A stretch of DNA of 25,488 bases from an uncultured Nitrososphaerota archaeon (GTDB taxonomy: Archaea; Asgardarchaeota; Njordarchaeia; Njordarchaeales; Panguiarchaeaceae). Positions 9,020 through 16,829 of this stretch are shown here, piece by piece (the first letter of the stretch is position 1; each line of letters opens with the position of its first letter). Both the position numbers and the translations under genes were made by a program. The notes beneath the pieces are model-generated. The model searched no databases, had not been told where the DNA came from, and worked only from the letters and a program-made list of their open reading frames with translations. Where the stretch lies: assembly GCA_964636085.1 (NCBI GenBank), contig CAZWPQ010000021.1:1-25488 (forward strand), written 5' to 3'.

Positions 9020-9844
9020 TCATGTTTCTTGTATCCTTTCTATAAATGCCAGTAGTGTGGTTATTTCGTCTTTGTATATCTCTTTAAGCGGTTTTATTGT
9101 TTCGTTGATTATGCTTTGTGCAAATTTTTTATCTATCTGGGCGAGGATTAGGAAAAAGCTTGTAATTTCGTCAAGGCTCATCTTATTTAACTTATGGATA
9201 AAATTATACCTAATTTCCTCTGCATGTTGTTCTAGTAGGCTTTTTGTCATGTTTTTATCGATTTTGGATATGTACCCGATTAGTGTGATCAGTATGTCTA
9301 GAGGGACCCCCTCTTTTAGAAATCTTGATATTGACGCATCTATTTCTGGTTGTATAGAGCCTAATATGTGTTGTGATGCTTGAGGATCCAACATCCCTAG
9401 GTGCGCCAAAAAGTCACATATTTCAATGATGGTGGCATTCCTAATTATGCCTTTTATCCTAGCTATGCTCTCCTCTATGATTACTCCTTTTAATCCCGCT
9501 AGAGTCGCTCCAGATAAGAATGCACCAAGCTCATCCAAGTCTGACTGGGAGATTAGCGACAAAATTTTTTGAAGGAAATTACTTGGTAGATTAGAAAACT
9601 GGGTGCAAAGATCTCGGCTAATATTGCATATTATATAGAGGAACTCTCCAATATCCTCAAGACTGGCCTTGGAGAGTTGTTCTGTAAAGAATCGAAAAAT
9701 AGTTAGTTTGTTATCAAGGAGGATTTGTTCGAGCCGTCGTAAGTCTTGTGCGATATATTTTTGTAAAATAGATATGAATGTCCTTAAAGATGCCTTCTCT
9801 ATAAACTTCCAAAAATTTTTCTGGAAATCATCTAGGCTTTTCAT
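9020..9844 (-). CDS. Hypothetical alpha-helical repeat (ARM/HEAT-like solenoid) protein
   Basis: About six ~40-aa repeats (KASLRTFISIL, KASLEDIGEFL, QSDLDELGAFL, NATIIEICDFL, GVPLDILITLI, KMSLDEITSFF, several followed by 'D..A..I'). GGTGA SD before ATG 9844. Confidence 0.75.
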   Translation of the reverse strand: MKSLDDFQKNFWKFIEKASLRTFISILQKYIAQDLRRLEQILLDNKLTIFRFFTEQLSKASLEDIGEFLYIICNISRDLCTQFSNLPSNFLQKILSLISQSDLDELGAFLSGATLAGLKGVIIEESIARIKGIIRNATIIEICDFLAHLGMLDPQASQHILGSIQPEIDASISRFLKEGVPLDILITLIGYISKIDKNMTKSLLEQHAEEIRYNFIHKLNKMSLDEITSFFLILAQIDKKFAQSIINETIKPLKEIYKDEITTLLAFIERIQET

Positions 9845-10045
9845 AAGGAAATCACCGAACAAAGCGTACAGACATTGCTGTGGAGCGACTTCTCTTTGGG
9901 GTCAAAATTATAAAAAGAGAAAGAGTAACTATAAATTTAAAAGAAACAGGTATTACAATCCTCCATTTTTGATGAATCACATTTTAATATAATTTATTAA
10001 GATAGTGGTTATAGCCACAAGCTAAGACTTTGATAAGGGAGGACT

Positions 10046-10627
10046 ATGTATTCTGAACGATATATCAGAGCCAAGGCCGTCGTTATTGGCGACTATGGTG
10101 TTGGGAAAACAACCCTCATTAAAAGTTTCTTAAAAGGAAAACCTATCTCTGACATATCATATAAACCTACTATAGGAGTGGATGTATACAAGAAGGAAAT
10201 AAAATATGTCACCGATCACGGCGAGACAATAACATTAATGTGGGATATTTGGGATCTCTCTGGTCAGGTGGGATTCCAGAAGATATGCCATGTATACCTA
10301 AAGGGTGCAATATGCGGAATAGCAGTATTTGATGTATCCAGAAAAAGAACGTTAGAAAACATATCAAAATGGATAGACTATTACATAAAATATGCAGGTA
10401 AGCACCCCCTCCTAGTCGTTGGAAACAAAATAGATCTACGAGGCAAACCAGAAATTACATGCATCACCTACGAAGAGGGCATAACACATGTAAGGAAAAT
10501 ATCCCAAAAAGTCGGACTAGAAATACCATACATAGAAACATCCGCGCTCCACAACATAAATGTGGAAGAGGCATTCGACAAGTTGGCTAGACTAACAATA
10601 AAACGACAAGTCTCCACAGAAGAGTAG
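10046..10627 (+). CDS. Ras-superfamily, Rab-like small GTPase
   Basis: G1 GDYGVGKT, G2 YKPTIGVD, G3 WDLSGQ, G4 GNKID, G5 ETSAL. GGGAGG SD. No C-terminal Cys prenylation motif. Confidence 0.95.
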   Translation: MYSERYIRAKAVVIGDYGVGKTTLIKSFLKGKPISDISYKPTIGVDVYKKEIKYVTDHGETITLMWDIWDLSGQVGFQKICHVYLKGAICGIAVFDVSRKRTLENISKWIDYYIKYAGKHPLLVVGNKIDLRGKPEITCITYEEGITHVRKISQKVGLEIPYIETSALHNINVEEAFDKLARLTIKRQVSTEE

Positions 10628-10860
10628 CAACAAAACTATAGACTTAAAAAAAGCGGTAATGACCATGCACGGACCAAAATTATTTTACATATCTAATATG
10701 CGCATATCCTCATATAATCCAGCATAGCAGAATTCTGTTTTTTCTCAAGAATCAAACAAGTCTCTACCATTAAACACAAAGATTGCTCATAAAATATGAT
10801 CAAGACCATAATCATAGAAGAGGAGCCAGAAGTCATATATATTTAAAATCCCGAAAACTC

Positions 10861-10872
10861 GAAAGTTTAAAA
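10861..10872 (+). promoter_or_regulatory. Putative archaeal BRE-TATA promoter
   Basis: GAAAG-TTTAAAA, about 35-45 nt upstream of a GGTGA SD at 10906-10910. Confidence 0.4.
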
Positions 10873-10916
10873 TTCCTGTAATATGTTAACAAATTAGAAA
10901 CAAATGGTGATTAAGC

Positions 10917-11051
10917 CTGTCTAATGAATTAATCCTTACCCTCTTAGAAGCTGAGGAGGAAGAAGAGGAGGAAGAAGAATACATCCTAACACTGTTTGAG
11001 GTAGAAGATAATGCTAAAACTGAAACTGATGGTAAAAAGGATGGATCTTAA
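10917..11051 (+). CDS. Possible 44-aa poly-Glu micro-protein with a CTG start (below the ORF track threshold)
   Basis: Reads (L/M)SNELILTLLEA-E9-YILTLFEVEDNAKTETDGKKDGS*. The GGTGA SD ends 6 nt before the CTG, and the mixed GAG/GAA codons stay in frame. Overlaps the next ORF. Confidence 0.35.
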   Translation: MSNELILTLLEAEEEEEEEEEYILTLFEVEDNAKTETDGKKDGS

Positions 11052-11190
11052 AATAGAGAAAGAGATAATAGCCGTCGCGAATAGCGGATTTGTTGGAGCT
11101 AGACCACAACTCTTAATCCCTAAGAACATAGCAAGAGAATTTAAACTAGGGGAAATACTGGAGCCAACTGTAGTGAATAAGAAAACAGCC
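11011..11190 (+). pseudogene. Truncated retropepsin-like (clan AA aspartic protease-like, 'NSG' variant) gene
   Basis: EIIAVANSGFVGARPQLLIPKNIAREFKL...KKTA resembles the archaeal A.(D/N)SGF/Y....P.L.IP..A..LGL...TAGG family. Similarity stops near 11190, after which the frame runs into low-complexity A/C-rich sequence (stop 11295). GAGGT SD. Confidence 0.5.
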
Positions 11191-11529
11191 ATACCAAATA
11201 ATATCGCAATAATGTCTGGAATTATCAGACGAATGACACTACAAGAGGATAAATACACAATCCAAAATACAAAACAGCCCCTAAGAACAACATAACTAAC
11301 CCACATACATAGCCAAAATGACTCAGGTCACTAACTAAAAATAAGTCCCCATAGAACAATGATAAACAAACACACAGAACATACAAACATACAAAACATA
11401 GCCAACCCAAAAATCATAGAATAACTACAGAAACACAACAGTACAATGCATAACGAACACTAAAAGCGTCAAATTCCATCATTAGAAACTAGAAGATAAT
11501 TACTTGGGTACAATTAACTAAAAGAAAGA

Positions 11530-11672
11530 TGGTCCCGGGGGAGGGATTTGAACCCTCGACCTACCGGTTTCCATTAAACGCAGATGTTTGAGCGACGGCT
11601 ATGCCACGCCACTGGGGAGTTTCACTCCCCAGCACTACAGCCGGCCGCTCTAATCCGCTGAGCTACCCCGGG
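11530..11672 (-). tRNA. trnY: tRNA-Tyr(GTA) with a 66-nt intron at 37/38 (11569-11634); CCA encoded
   Basis: Minus strand reads CCCGGGG TA GCTC AGCGGATTA GAGC G GCCGG CT GTA G |intron| A CCGGT AGGTC GAGGG TTCAAAT CCCTC CCCCGGG A CCA. C1:G72 and A73 are the archaeal/eukaryotic Tyr identity elements. A relaxed BHB central helix CUGU/AUGG is present. Confidence 0.95.
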
Positions 11673-11995
11673 TTACGTTGATGTATAATTGACCATGTTG
11701 ATTTTCAGCGGGTTAATCCATACTTTTCTCTACTATGCTATATCCTATTTTTTCCCGGCTTTTTAAAATTTTGTTTTTCTTTGAGTTGCTCACTGATTAG
11801 ATTTATACCTGAGATTGATTAGAGCTAACTTGGGAGGTTTGACTTAAAGGTAAATCTATCTATTTCAGCGGACGGTCTTTTTTCTGAAACTCAATATTAA
11901 GGAATAGAACTCATAATACGTGAAGAAGAAAAAGAAAAAACCGAAGTTAATTTTGGATGCCTGAGAGGAAACTATCAGTCCTGTCCTTGCCTATA

Positions 11996-12027
11996 GCGAG
12001 AAATGAAAAAGTTTTAAATTTTCTCGT
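11996..12027 (+). promoter_or_regulatory. BRE-TATA-like element enclosed by an inverted repeat
   Basis: GCGAGAAA-TGAAAAAGTTTTAAAT-TTTCTCGT: a perfect 7-bp IR (CGAGAAA/TTTCTCG) surrounding GAAAAAG-TTTTAAA. Confidence 0.35.
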
Positions 12028-12482
12028 CCCGCACGCTAATGTAAAAATTAAAATGAGGATGATTGAAATGAGATTGTGCAACGAAAAATCTCAAAGCGCG
12101 ATGAATATTGATGAATGAGAATCAAGCTTGACCAAGAATGATTAACTTCTTCGTGGTTGGGCTTTTTAAGTTTTGCTTGAGGCTGCTGATTGGGGGGAAT
12201 TGATCTATTTTGGTGGAGTTTCCTCGAGTTAAGTTACATTGGCTTTTAGTAAGGATCATGCCAGTGGTGGTCTTGCACATGGATTTTTCTGTGCATATTT
12301 GACGATAATTATCGGGAAGCGTTCTGATGACTAATAAACTTGGATGAACATTGTTTTTGGTTGTTGTAGTTTTCAGATTGGATGTGCTGTTTTTTTGGGT
12401 TTTTTGTTTGGACTTGTGGGTATTGTGGTAGATTTGATTTAAATGTTTTTTTGTAGTTTCTCTTGGTGCCTTGGGTGTTGCT

Positions 12483-12899
12483 ATGGGTAGGTTAGAGGTG
12501 GATCTAAGTAGGTGTTCTGGCTGTTTGGTATGTATGCAGGTTTGTGCCCTAGTCCATTTTAGGGAGCAAAATACAACGAAGAGCGCGATAAAGGTAATAA
12601 CAGAATACCTTCCTGACTCTATAAAGAGAATCTACGTTATTTGCCACCAGTGTGGTGAGAATGCTCCATGTATTCTGGCATGTCCTACTGGTGCGCTTTC
12701 ATGGAAAGATGGCTACATAAGCTTAGATAAAGAGAAGTGTAATGGGTGCAAAAATTGTGCAACTGCGTGTCCCTATGGTGCCGTTATTTTTAATCCAGAT
12801 TATGAGTACCCTATAATATGTGATCTTTGTTCTACTGTCTCCGATGTACCGCAGTGCGTGAAGTACTGTCCCATGGGCGCAATAAGAATAATTAAGTAG
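12483..12899 (+). CDS. 4Fe-4S dicluster ferredoxin-like subunit (DmsB/HycB type), partner of the oxidoreductase
   Basis: Motifs CSGCLVCMQVC, CHQC....CILACP, CNGCKNCATACP, CDLC......PQCVKYCP. Confidence 0.93.
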   Translation: MGRLEVDLSRCSGCLVCMQVCALVHFREQNTTKSAIKVITEYLPDSIKRIYVICHQCGENAPCILACPTGALSWKDGYISLDKEKCNGCKNCATACPYGAVIFNPDYEYPIICDLCSTVSDVPQCVKYCPMGAIRIIK

Positions 12900-12928
12900 G
12901 TAAGTTATATGTATTTGGGGGGAGTTAT

Positions 12929-14800
12929 ATGAGTTGGTCAGGTGGCTGGGTAGGTAAGATTTTAATTGTTGATCTATCCAAAAAGACATATCAGGCTAAG
13001 GAACTCACAAAAGAGTGGGCTCTTGAGTGGATAGGAGGAAGAGGTTGGGCCATTAAATGGCTCTATGAGAATTTGAGGCCAAATACAGATTCATTATCTC
13101 CATTGAATGATATTGTGGTTGCTACAGGCCCCCTCACTGGTCTACTGGTACCGAGCAGTGGGAAAGTAGTTATAGCCGCGAAGAGTCCTCTTACAAATGG
13201 ATATGGCGATGGAAATATAGGTAGTCACTTTGGCTATCAACTCAAACAGGCGGGCTACGATGCTGTAATTATAAGAGGAAGGTCAAAGTCCCCCGCATAT
13301 CTCTACATAACCCCTAATGGAGTAGAATTCAGACCCGCGGATCATCTATGGGGAAAGGGTGTTTTTGAAACAGAGTACATAGTCAGGAAGGAAACGGAGA
13401 AAGAGGCAGGGACATTAATAATAGGCCCTGGAGGAGAGAATATGGTTAAATTTGCCACTGTGATGTCTGAGCATGGCCGTGCTGGTGGTCGCACGGGTAT
13501 GGGGGCGGTTTTTGGTTCCAAAAATTTAAAGGCTCTAGTCGCATATGGATGGAAAACGATTCCTGTGGCGGACCCTGAGGGGTTATTAGAGCTATACTGG
13601 GAGTCTAGGGTTAAAATAATGAAGGCCGATGGATACAAAAAGTGGATAGATCAGGGCACAGTAATGACTGTGGAGTGGTGTCAAGAGGTCGGTACATTTC
13701 CGACTTTTAATTTCTCTGAAGGGGTTTTTGATGATGCATATAAAATTGGGGGCGAGGCCATGGTTAAGGACTTTAAGATTTTTAGGAAGGGGTGTATGAG
13801 TTGTCCAATGCCGTGTGGAAATGTTCTTGTGTCCAAATCTGATAAATGGAAAGGGTTTGCCGAAATGGATTATGAGAATGTGGCATTATTGGGCTCGAAT
13901 TTAGGTATTGGGGACTACAATGCGATTATAGCTCTAAATATGTTTGCCGATGATATGGGTGTTGACACGATATCCCTAGGAAATGTTATTGGTTTTGCTA
14001 TGGAATGTTATGAGAAGGGACTCATAACCAGTAAGGATACAAAGGGCGTCGAGTTAAAGTTTGGAAACGCTGACGCGGCGTTGAAGATGGCGGAGATGAT
14101 CGTACGGAGAGAGGGCATTGGGGATCTATTGGCGGAGGGCGTTAAGGCGGCTTCCGAAAAAATTGGTAAGGGGGCCCAGAAATTAGCGGTTCATGTTAAG
14201 GGGTTGGAGGTTTCTGGTTATGACTGTCATGGCGCTCCTGCTATGGCTCTTGCATATGGAACAAGTGAGATAGGTGCGCATCATAAAAGTGCTTGGGTGA
14301 TTGCTTGGGAAATGCGCTATGGCAGGGAAAAAGTAGATAAAGCTAAACCTGATAAGGTTATAGAATTTCAGAGAATACGTGGCGGGATGTTTGAGATGCT
14401 AACGACCTGTAGACTACCATGGATAGAGTTGGGATATCCGTTAGAATATTATCCAAAATTCCTAAAGGTTGCAACTGGTATAGAATTCACTTTGGATCAA
14501 ATATACACAATTGCGGATAAGGTCTATGCTTTGATCAGGGCATTTTGGATACGTGAATATGGACATTGGAAGAGGGAGTATGATTACCCTCCCGCAAAAT
14601 GGTTTGAGACGGCTCCCACGAGGGGACCATCTGCGGGTATGAAGCTAAGTAAAGAAGTATATGATAACTTGCTAGATATGTATTATGAATCACGTGGCTG
14701 GGACAAGAATGGTATACCCAGAAAATCGACTTTGAGAAAATATGGGCTAGAAAATGTGATAGCTGATTTAGAAAAAATTGGAATTACCTTATCCGAATAA
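12929..14800 (+). CDS. for: Tungsten-containing aldehyde:ferredoxin oxidoreductase family, formaldehyde (FOR)-type
   Basis: Motifs GGRGWA, AKSPLTNGYGDGN, GRTGMGAVFGSKNLKA, CMSCPMPC, DYENVALLGSNLG, DDMGVDTIS, GAHHKSAWVIAWE, QRIRGGMFEMLTTCRLPW (FOR-like), YYESRGWD. Confidence 0.92.
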   Translation: MSWSGGWVGKILIVDLSKKTYQAKELTKEWALEWIGGRGWAIKWLYENLRPNTDSLSPLNDIVVATGPLTGLLVPSSGKVVIAAKSPLTNGYGDGNIGSHFGYQLKQAGYDAVIIRGRSKSPAYLYITPNGVEFRPADHLWGKGVFETEYIVRKETEKEAGTLIIGPGGENMVKFATVMSEHGRAGGRTGMGAVFGSKNLKALVAYGWKTIPVADPEGLLELYWESRVKIMKADGYKKWIDQGTVMTVEWCQEVGTFPTFNFSEGVFDDAYKIGGEAMVKDFKIFRKGCMSCPMPCGNVLVSKSDKWKGFAEMDYENVALLGSNLGIGDYNAIIALNMFADDMGVDTISLGNVIGFAMECYEKGLITSKDTKGVELKFGNADAALKMAEMIVRREGIGDLLAEGVKAASEKIGKGAQKLAVHVKGLEVSGYDCHGAPAMALAYGTSEIGAHHKSAWVIAWEMRYGREKVDKAKPDKVIEFQRIRGGMFEMLTTCRLPWIELGYPLEYYPKFLKVATGIEFTLDQIYTIADKVYALIRAFWIREYGHWKREYDYPPAKWFETAPTRGPSAGMKLSKEVYDNLLDMYYESRGWDKNGIPRKSTLRKYGLENVIADLEKIGITLSE

Positions 14801-14815
14801 TTCAAAATTTTTTAT
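14801..14815. terminator. Short U-tract junction between convergent genes
   Basis: TTCAAAATTTTTTAT lies between the FOR stop (14800) and the convergent stop (14812). Confidence 0.3.
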
Positions 14816-15807
14816 ACGTTTATTAGGAACATCCTTCCAAATATTTCTTTTCCTTCAATATGTACTCTCATAGGTTCTACACCATAGACGTGGTCTAGCC
14901 ATAGACCATTGAAGATGAATGACAATTTTTTGGAGATTTCCTCATCTATGGAGGGTATGTAAAATGGGTACTGCTTGTATGTTGTTTTGTGTCTGTGAAT
15001 GTAGAGAATGGCTGGGAAAACCATTCTAAATGCCTTTATAAATCTCATGAGATAGTCGGGGGAGATGGGTGGTATTGAGAATACATCTCTAAGGTTATAC
15101 ATAACTCTAAGGGCGTAGCCCCCCTGGGGCTCATTCCATCCTAATTTCCCTTCAAGGGCCTGATACATGATATATTCGCAGAATGCCTCCTCTCTTTTTG
15201 AATCATGGATCACTGAGTACTGATCCATATTGTTGATTTCGTACCATGTAGATACATCCTCAAGTACGTGATGTGCCATAACATGCATATAAACAGATTC
15301 CAGATACATGGCAATTATTAGACCATTAAAAAGCGATGGATGCTTAAGTATGGCCTCGATCTCATGTTTATCTACGCTAGATACTCTTAACCTTTCGTAG
15401 AAATGCTTGTCGGATAGTAATTGATATGCAAGCTTTAACAAGTTATGAGCATCCTCTCTTAATTGTTGATCGCGAAAGTAAATCCCATAGAGCTCGGGTA
15501 TGTGGTAGTGATAGGGCATATACATCATGAATGGATCCACAACATATATAAATTTGGTGTATCTGTGCCCCATTGGGATATTTAGTGATATGTCCTCTCT
15601 ACCCCCTGTACTATGATAGAACTTTAATGCATCATCGAGAATTTTGTGGAAGGATTTATCAATATCGCCTGGTAAATCTGCCACCTCTATCTTGATGAAA
15701 CGCATTAGTGCATCCCTAGGAATAACAAGGTATTCACCGAAAGGAAAAGCATTTTCCTCAAAAACAGATTTATAGACCTCTTTTTTCTCTGGTTTTGCAT
15801 AGCCCAT
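14812..15807 (-). CDS. Hypothetical protein, zincin-like with a degenerate HExxH motif
   Basis: 331-aa ORF with an upstream GGTG SD. HVMAHH followed about 25 aa later by EEAFCEY. Confidence 0.75.
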   Translation of the reverse strand: MGYAKPEKKEVYKSVFEENAFPFGEYLVIPRDALMRFIKIEVADLPGDIDKSFHKILDDALKFYHSTGGREDISLNIPMGHRYTKFIYVVDPFMMYMPYHYHIPELYGIYFRDQQLREDAHNLLKLAYQLLSDKHFYERLRVSSVDKHEIEAILKHPSLFNGLIIAMYLESVYMHVMAHHVLEDVSTWYEINNMDQYSVIHDSKREEAFCEYIMYQALEGKLGWNEPQGGYALRVMYNLRDVFSIPPISPDYLMRFIKAFRMVFPAILYIHRHKTTYKQYPFYIPSIDEEISKKLSFIFNGLWLDHVYGVEPMRVHIEGKEIFGRMFLINV

Positions 15808-15922
15808 GGTCTAACACCATATACTATCTGGAGAACTGGTAACAAAAAACACTAGTTTACCGAATTTTTAAAATGAATAAATTATAAAATAATCACGGGC
15901 AAAAAACTATTAGGTGAACTAC

Positions 15923-16471
15923 ATGGCTGAAGGTAGTGTAAAACAATTTTCCAGTGGGTTTGTCACTGCGGCTGGCTATGCGTATAAGGTACGTAGAACC
16001 CTTTTGGCTCAGACGAAATCATTAGGAATAGATCCTAAGGAGGCTGTTCGTGTTTCTGCTCTAATAAATCAGCATTTGTTTAATGTGTTTAGGGAGAAGG
16101 GGGTCGATAAGTCTGATGTTGTAAGGATACGATTTGAATACAGAATTCAGGATAATAGCATTGATGTGGATTGGTCTACGCTACGGATTGAACATTACAA
16201 AAAGTATGCCGTTATTGAGAAAATTCCTCCACCAGAGCATGGTCTAGAAGAAGTCGTTGAACATATGCGAGAATTGCCATGGGATGAGGAGATAATTAAA
16301 GCATTGAAGTCAAAGAGCGAAGAATTTAAGAAAGAGGACAGCAAGATTAGAATAAAGGGTAAAAATTGGAGTGCAGAAGCTATGGAGGGAGAAAGAATAG
16401 TAATCAGATTTCAAGGCACGGCTGGGGAATTTGGAGATTGGTTGAGAAATATTATGGGATGGAAGGAGTAG
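15923..16471 (+). CDS. DUF2258 / ThermoDBP-related nucleic-acid-binding protein with an extra C-terminal domain
   Basis: FSSGFVTAAGYAYKVRRTLLAQ...INQHLF...GVDKSDVVRIRFEY...DWSTLRIE matches the DUF2258 pattern. GGTGA SD before ATG 15923. Confidence 0.85.
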   Translation: MAEGSVKQFSSGFVTAAGYAYKVRRTLLAQTKSLGIDPKEAVRVSALINQHLFNVFREKGVDKSDVVRIRFEYRIQDNSIDVDWSTLRIEHYKKYAVIEKIPPPEHGLEEVVEHMRELPWDEEIIKALKSKSEEFKKEDSKIRIKGKNWSAEAMEGERIVIRFQGTAGEFGDWLRNIMGWKE

Positions 16472-16783
16472 GTGATGCCAGTGAGTGAGAAGGAGATATC
16501 AAAAGATGAGGCTATAAGTCTAATTAAGGAGGCCCTTGTAAAGACTGGGATTGTGATAAAAACTGCCGACTATATTTATGCATTGTATGAAAAGGAGCCA
16601 GACAGATGGGTTAACGTATCCATAGTTTTTGGGGAAGAGAATGGTTGGAAGTCGGAAGTCAGCACGAAGAGAGCAATACTCTTGTTGATGGATGAGGTTG
16701 CAAAGTCCCTCCCGCAATATAAAACAGAATGGAAACCTATCCTAAGCGAGGATGAATTAGAAGCAATACTGAGTCAGGCATAA
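16472..16783 (+). CDS. Hypothetical protein
   Basis: Directly abuts the upstream stop codon with a GGAG/GGTG SD, has typical composition, and is followed by a T8 tract. Confidence 0.75.
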   Translation: MMPVSEKEISKDEAISLIKEALVKTGIVIKTADYIYALYEKEPDRWVNVSIVFGEENGWKSEVSTKRAILLLMDEVAKSLPQYKTEWKPILSEDELEAILSQA

Positions 16784-16791
16784 TTTTTTTT
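16784..16791 (+). terminator. Oligo-T terminator
   Basis: TTTTTTTT immediately after the TAA ending at 16783. Confidence 0.45.
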
Positions 16792-16829
16792 AGAGCATTT
16801 ATTTTCTATGCCTCATTACCCCCATTATT

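Noticed and set aside
10986-11410. Hydrophobic minus-strand ORFs (106 and 61 aa) resembling membrane proteins
   Set aside because: The V/L/F/C/W content follows from the extreme GT bias of that strand; no recognisable motif.
8914-11529. Integrated element between the two tRNA 3' ends
   Set aside because: No integrase or transposase, and no duplicated tRNA 3' fragment (att site) found by eye.
11611-11633. GC-rich palindrome as a CRISPR repeat, terminator or MITE
   Set aside because: Single copy, inside the tRNA-Tyr intron, with no spacers or U-tract.
11955-11981. CTGAGAG...GAAA as a hammerhead ribozyme or TPP riboswitch
   Set aside because: Lacks hammerhead stems II/III and the TPP CUGAU/P4-P5 elements.
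12050-12345. TGA/ATGA-rich stretch as a C/D box sRNA or SECIS
   Set aside because: No properly spaced C box plus CUGA D box, no convincing SECIS quartet, and no in-frame TGA gene nearby.
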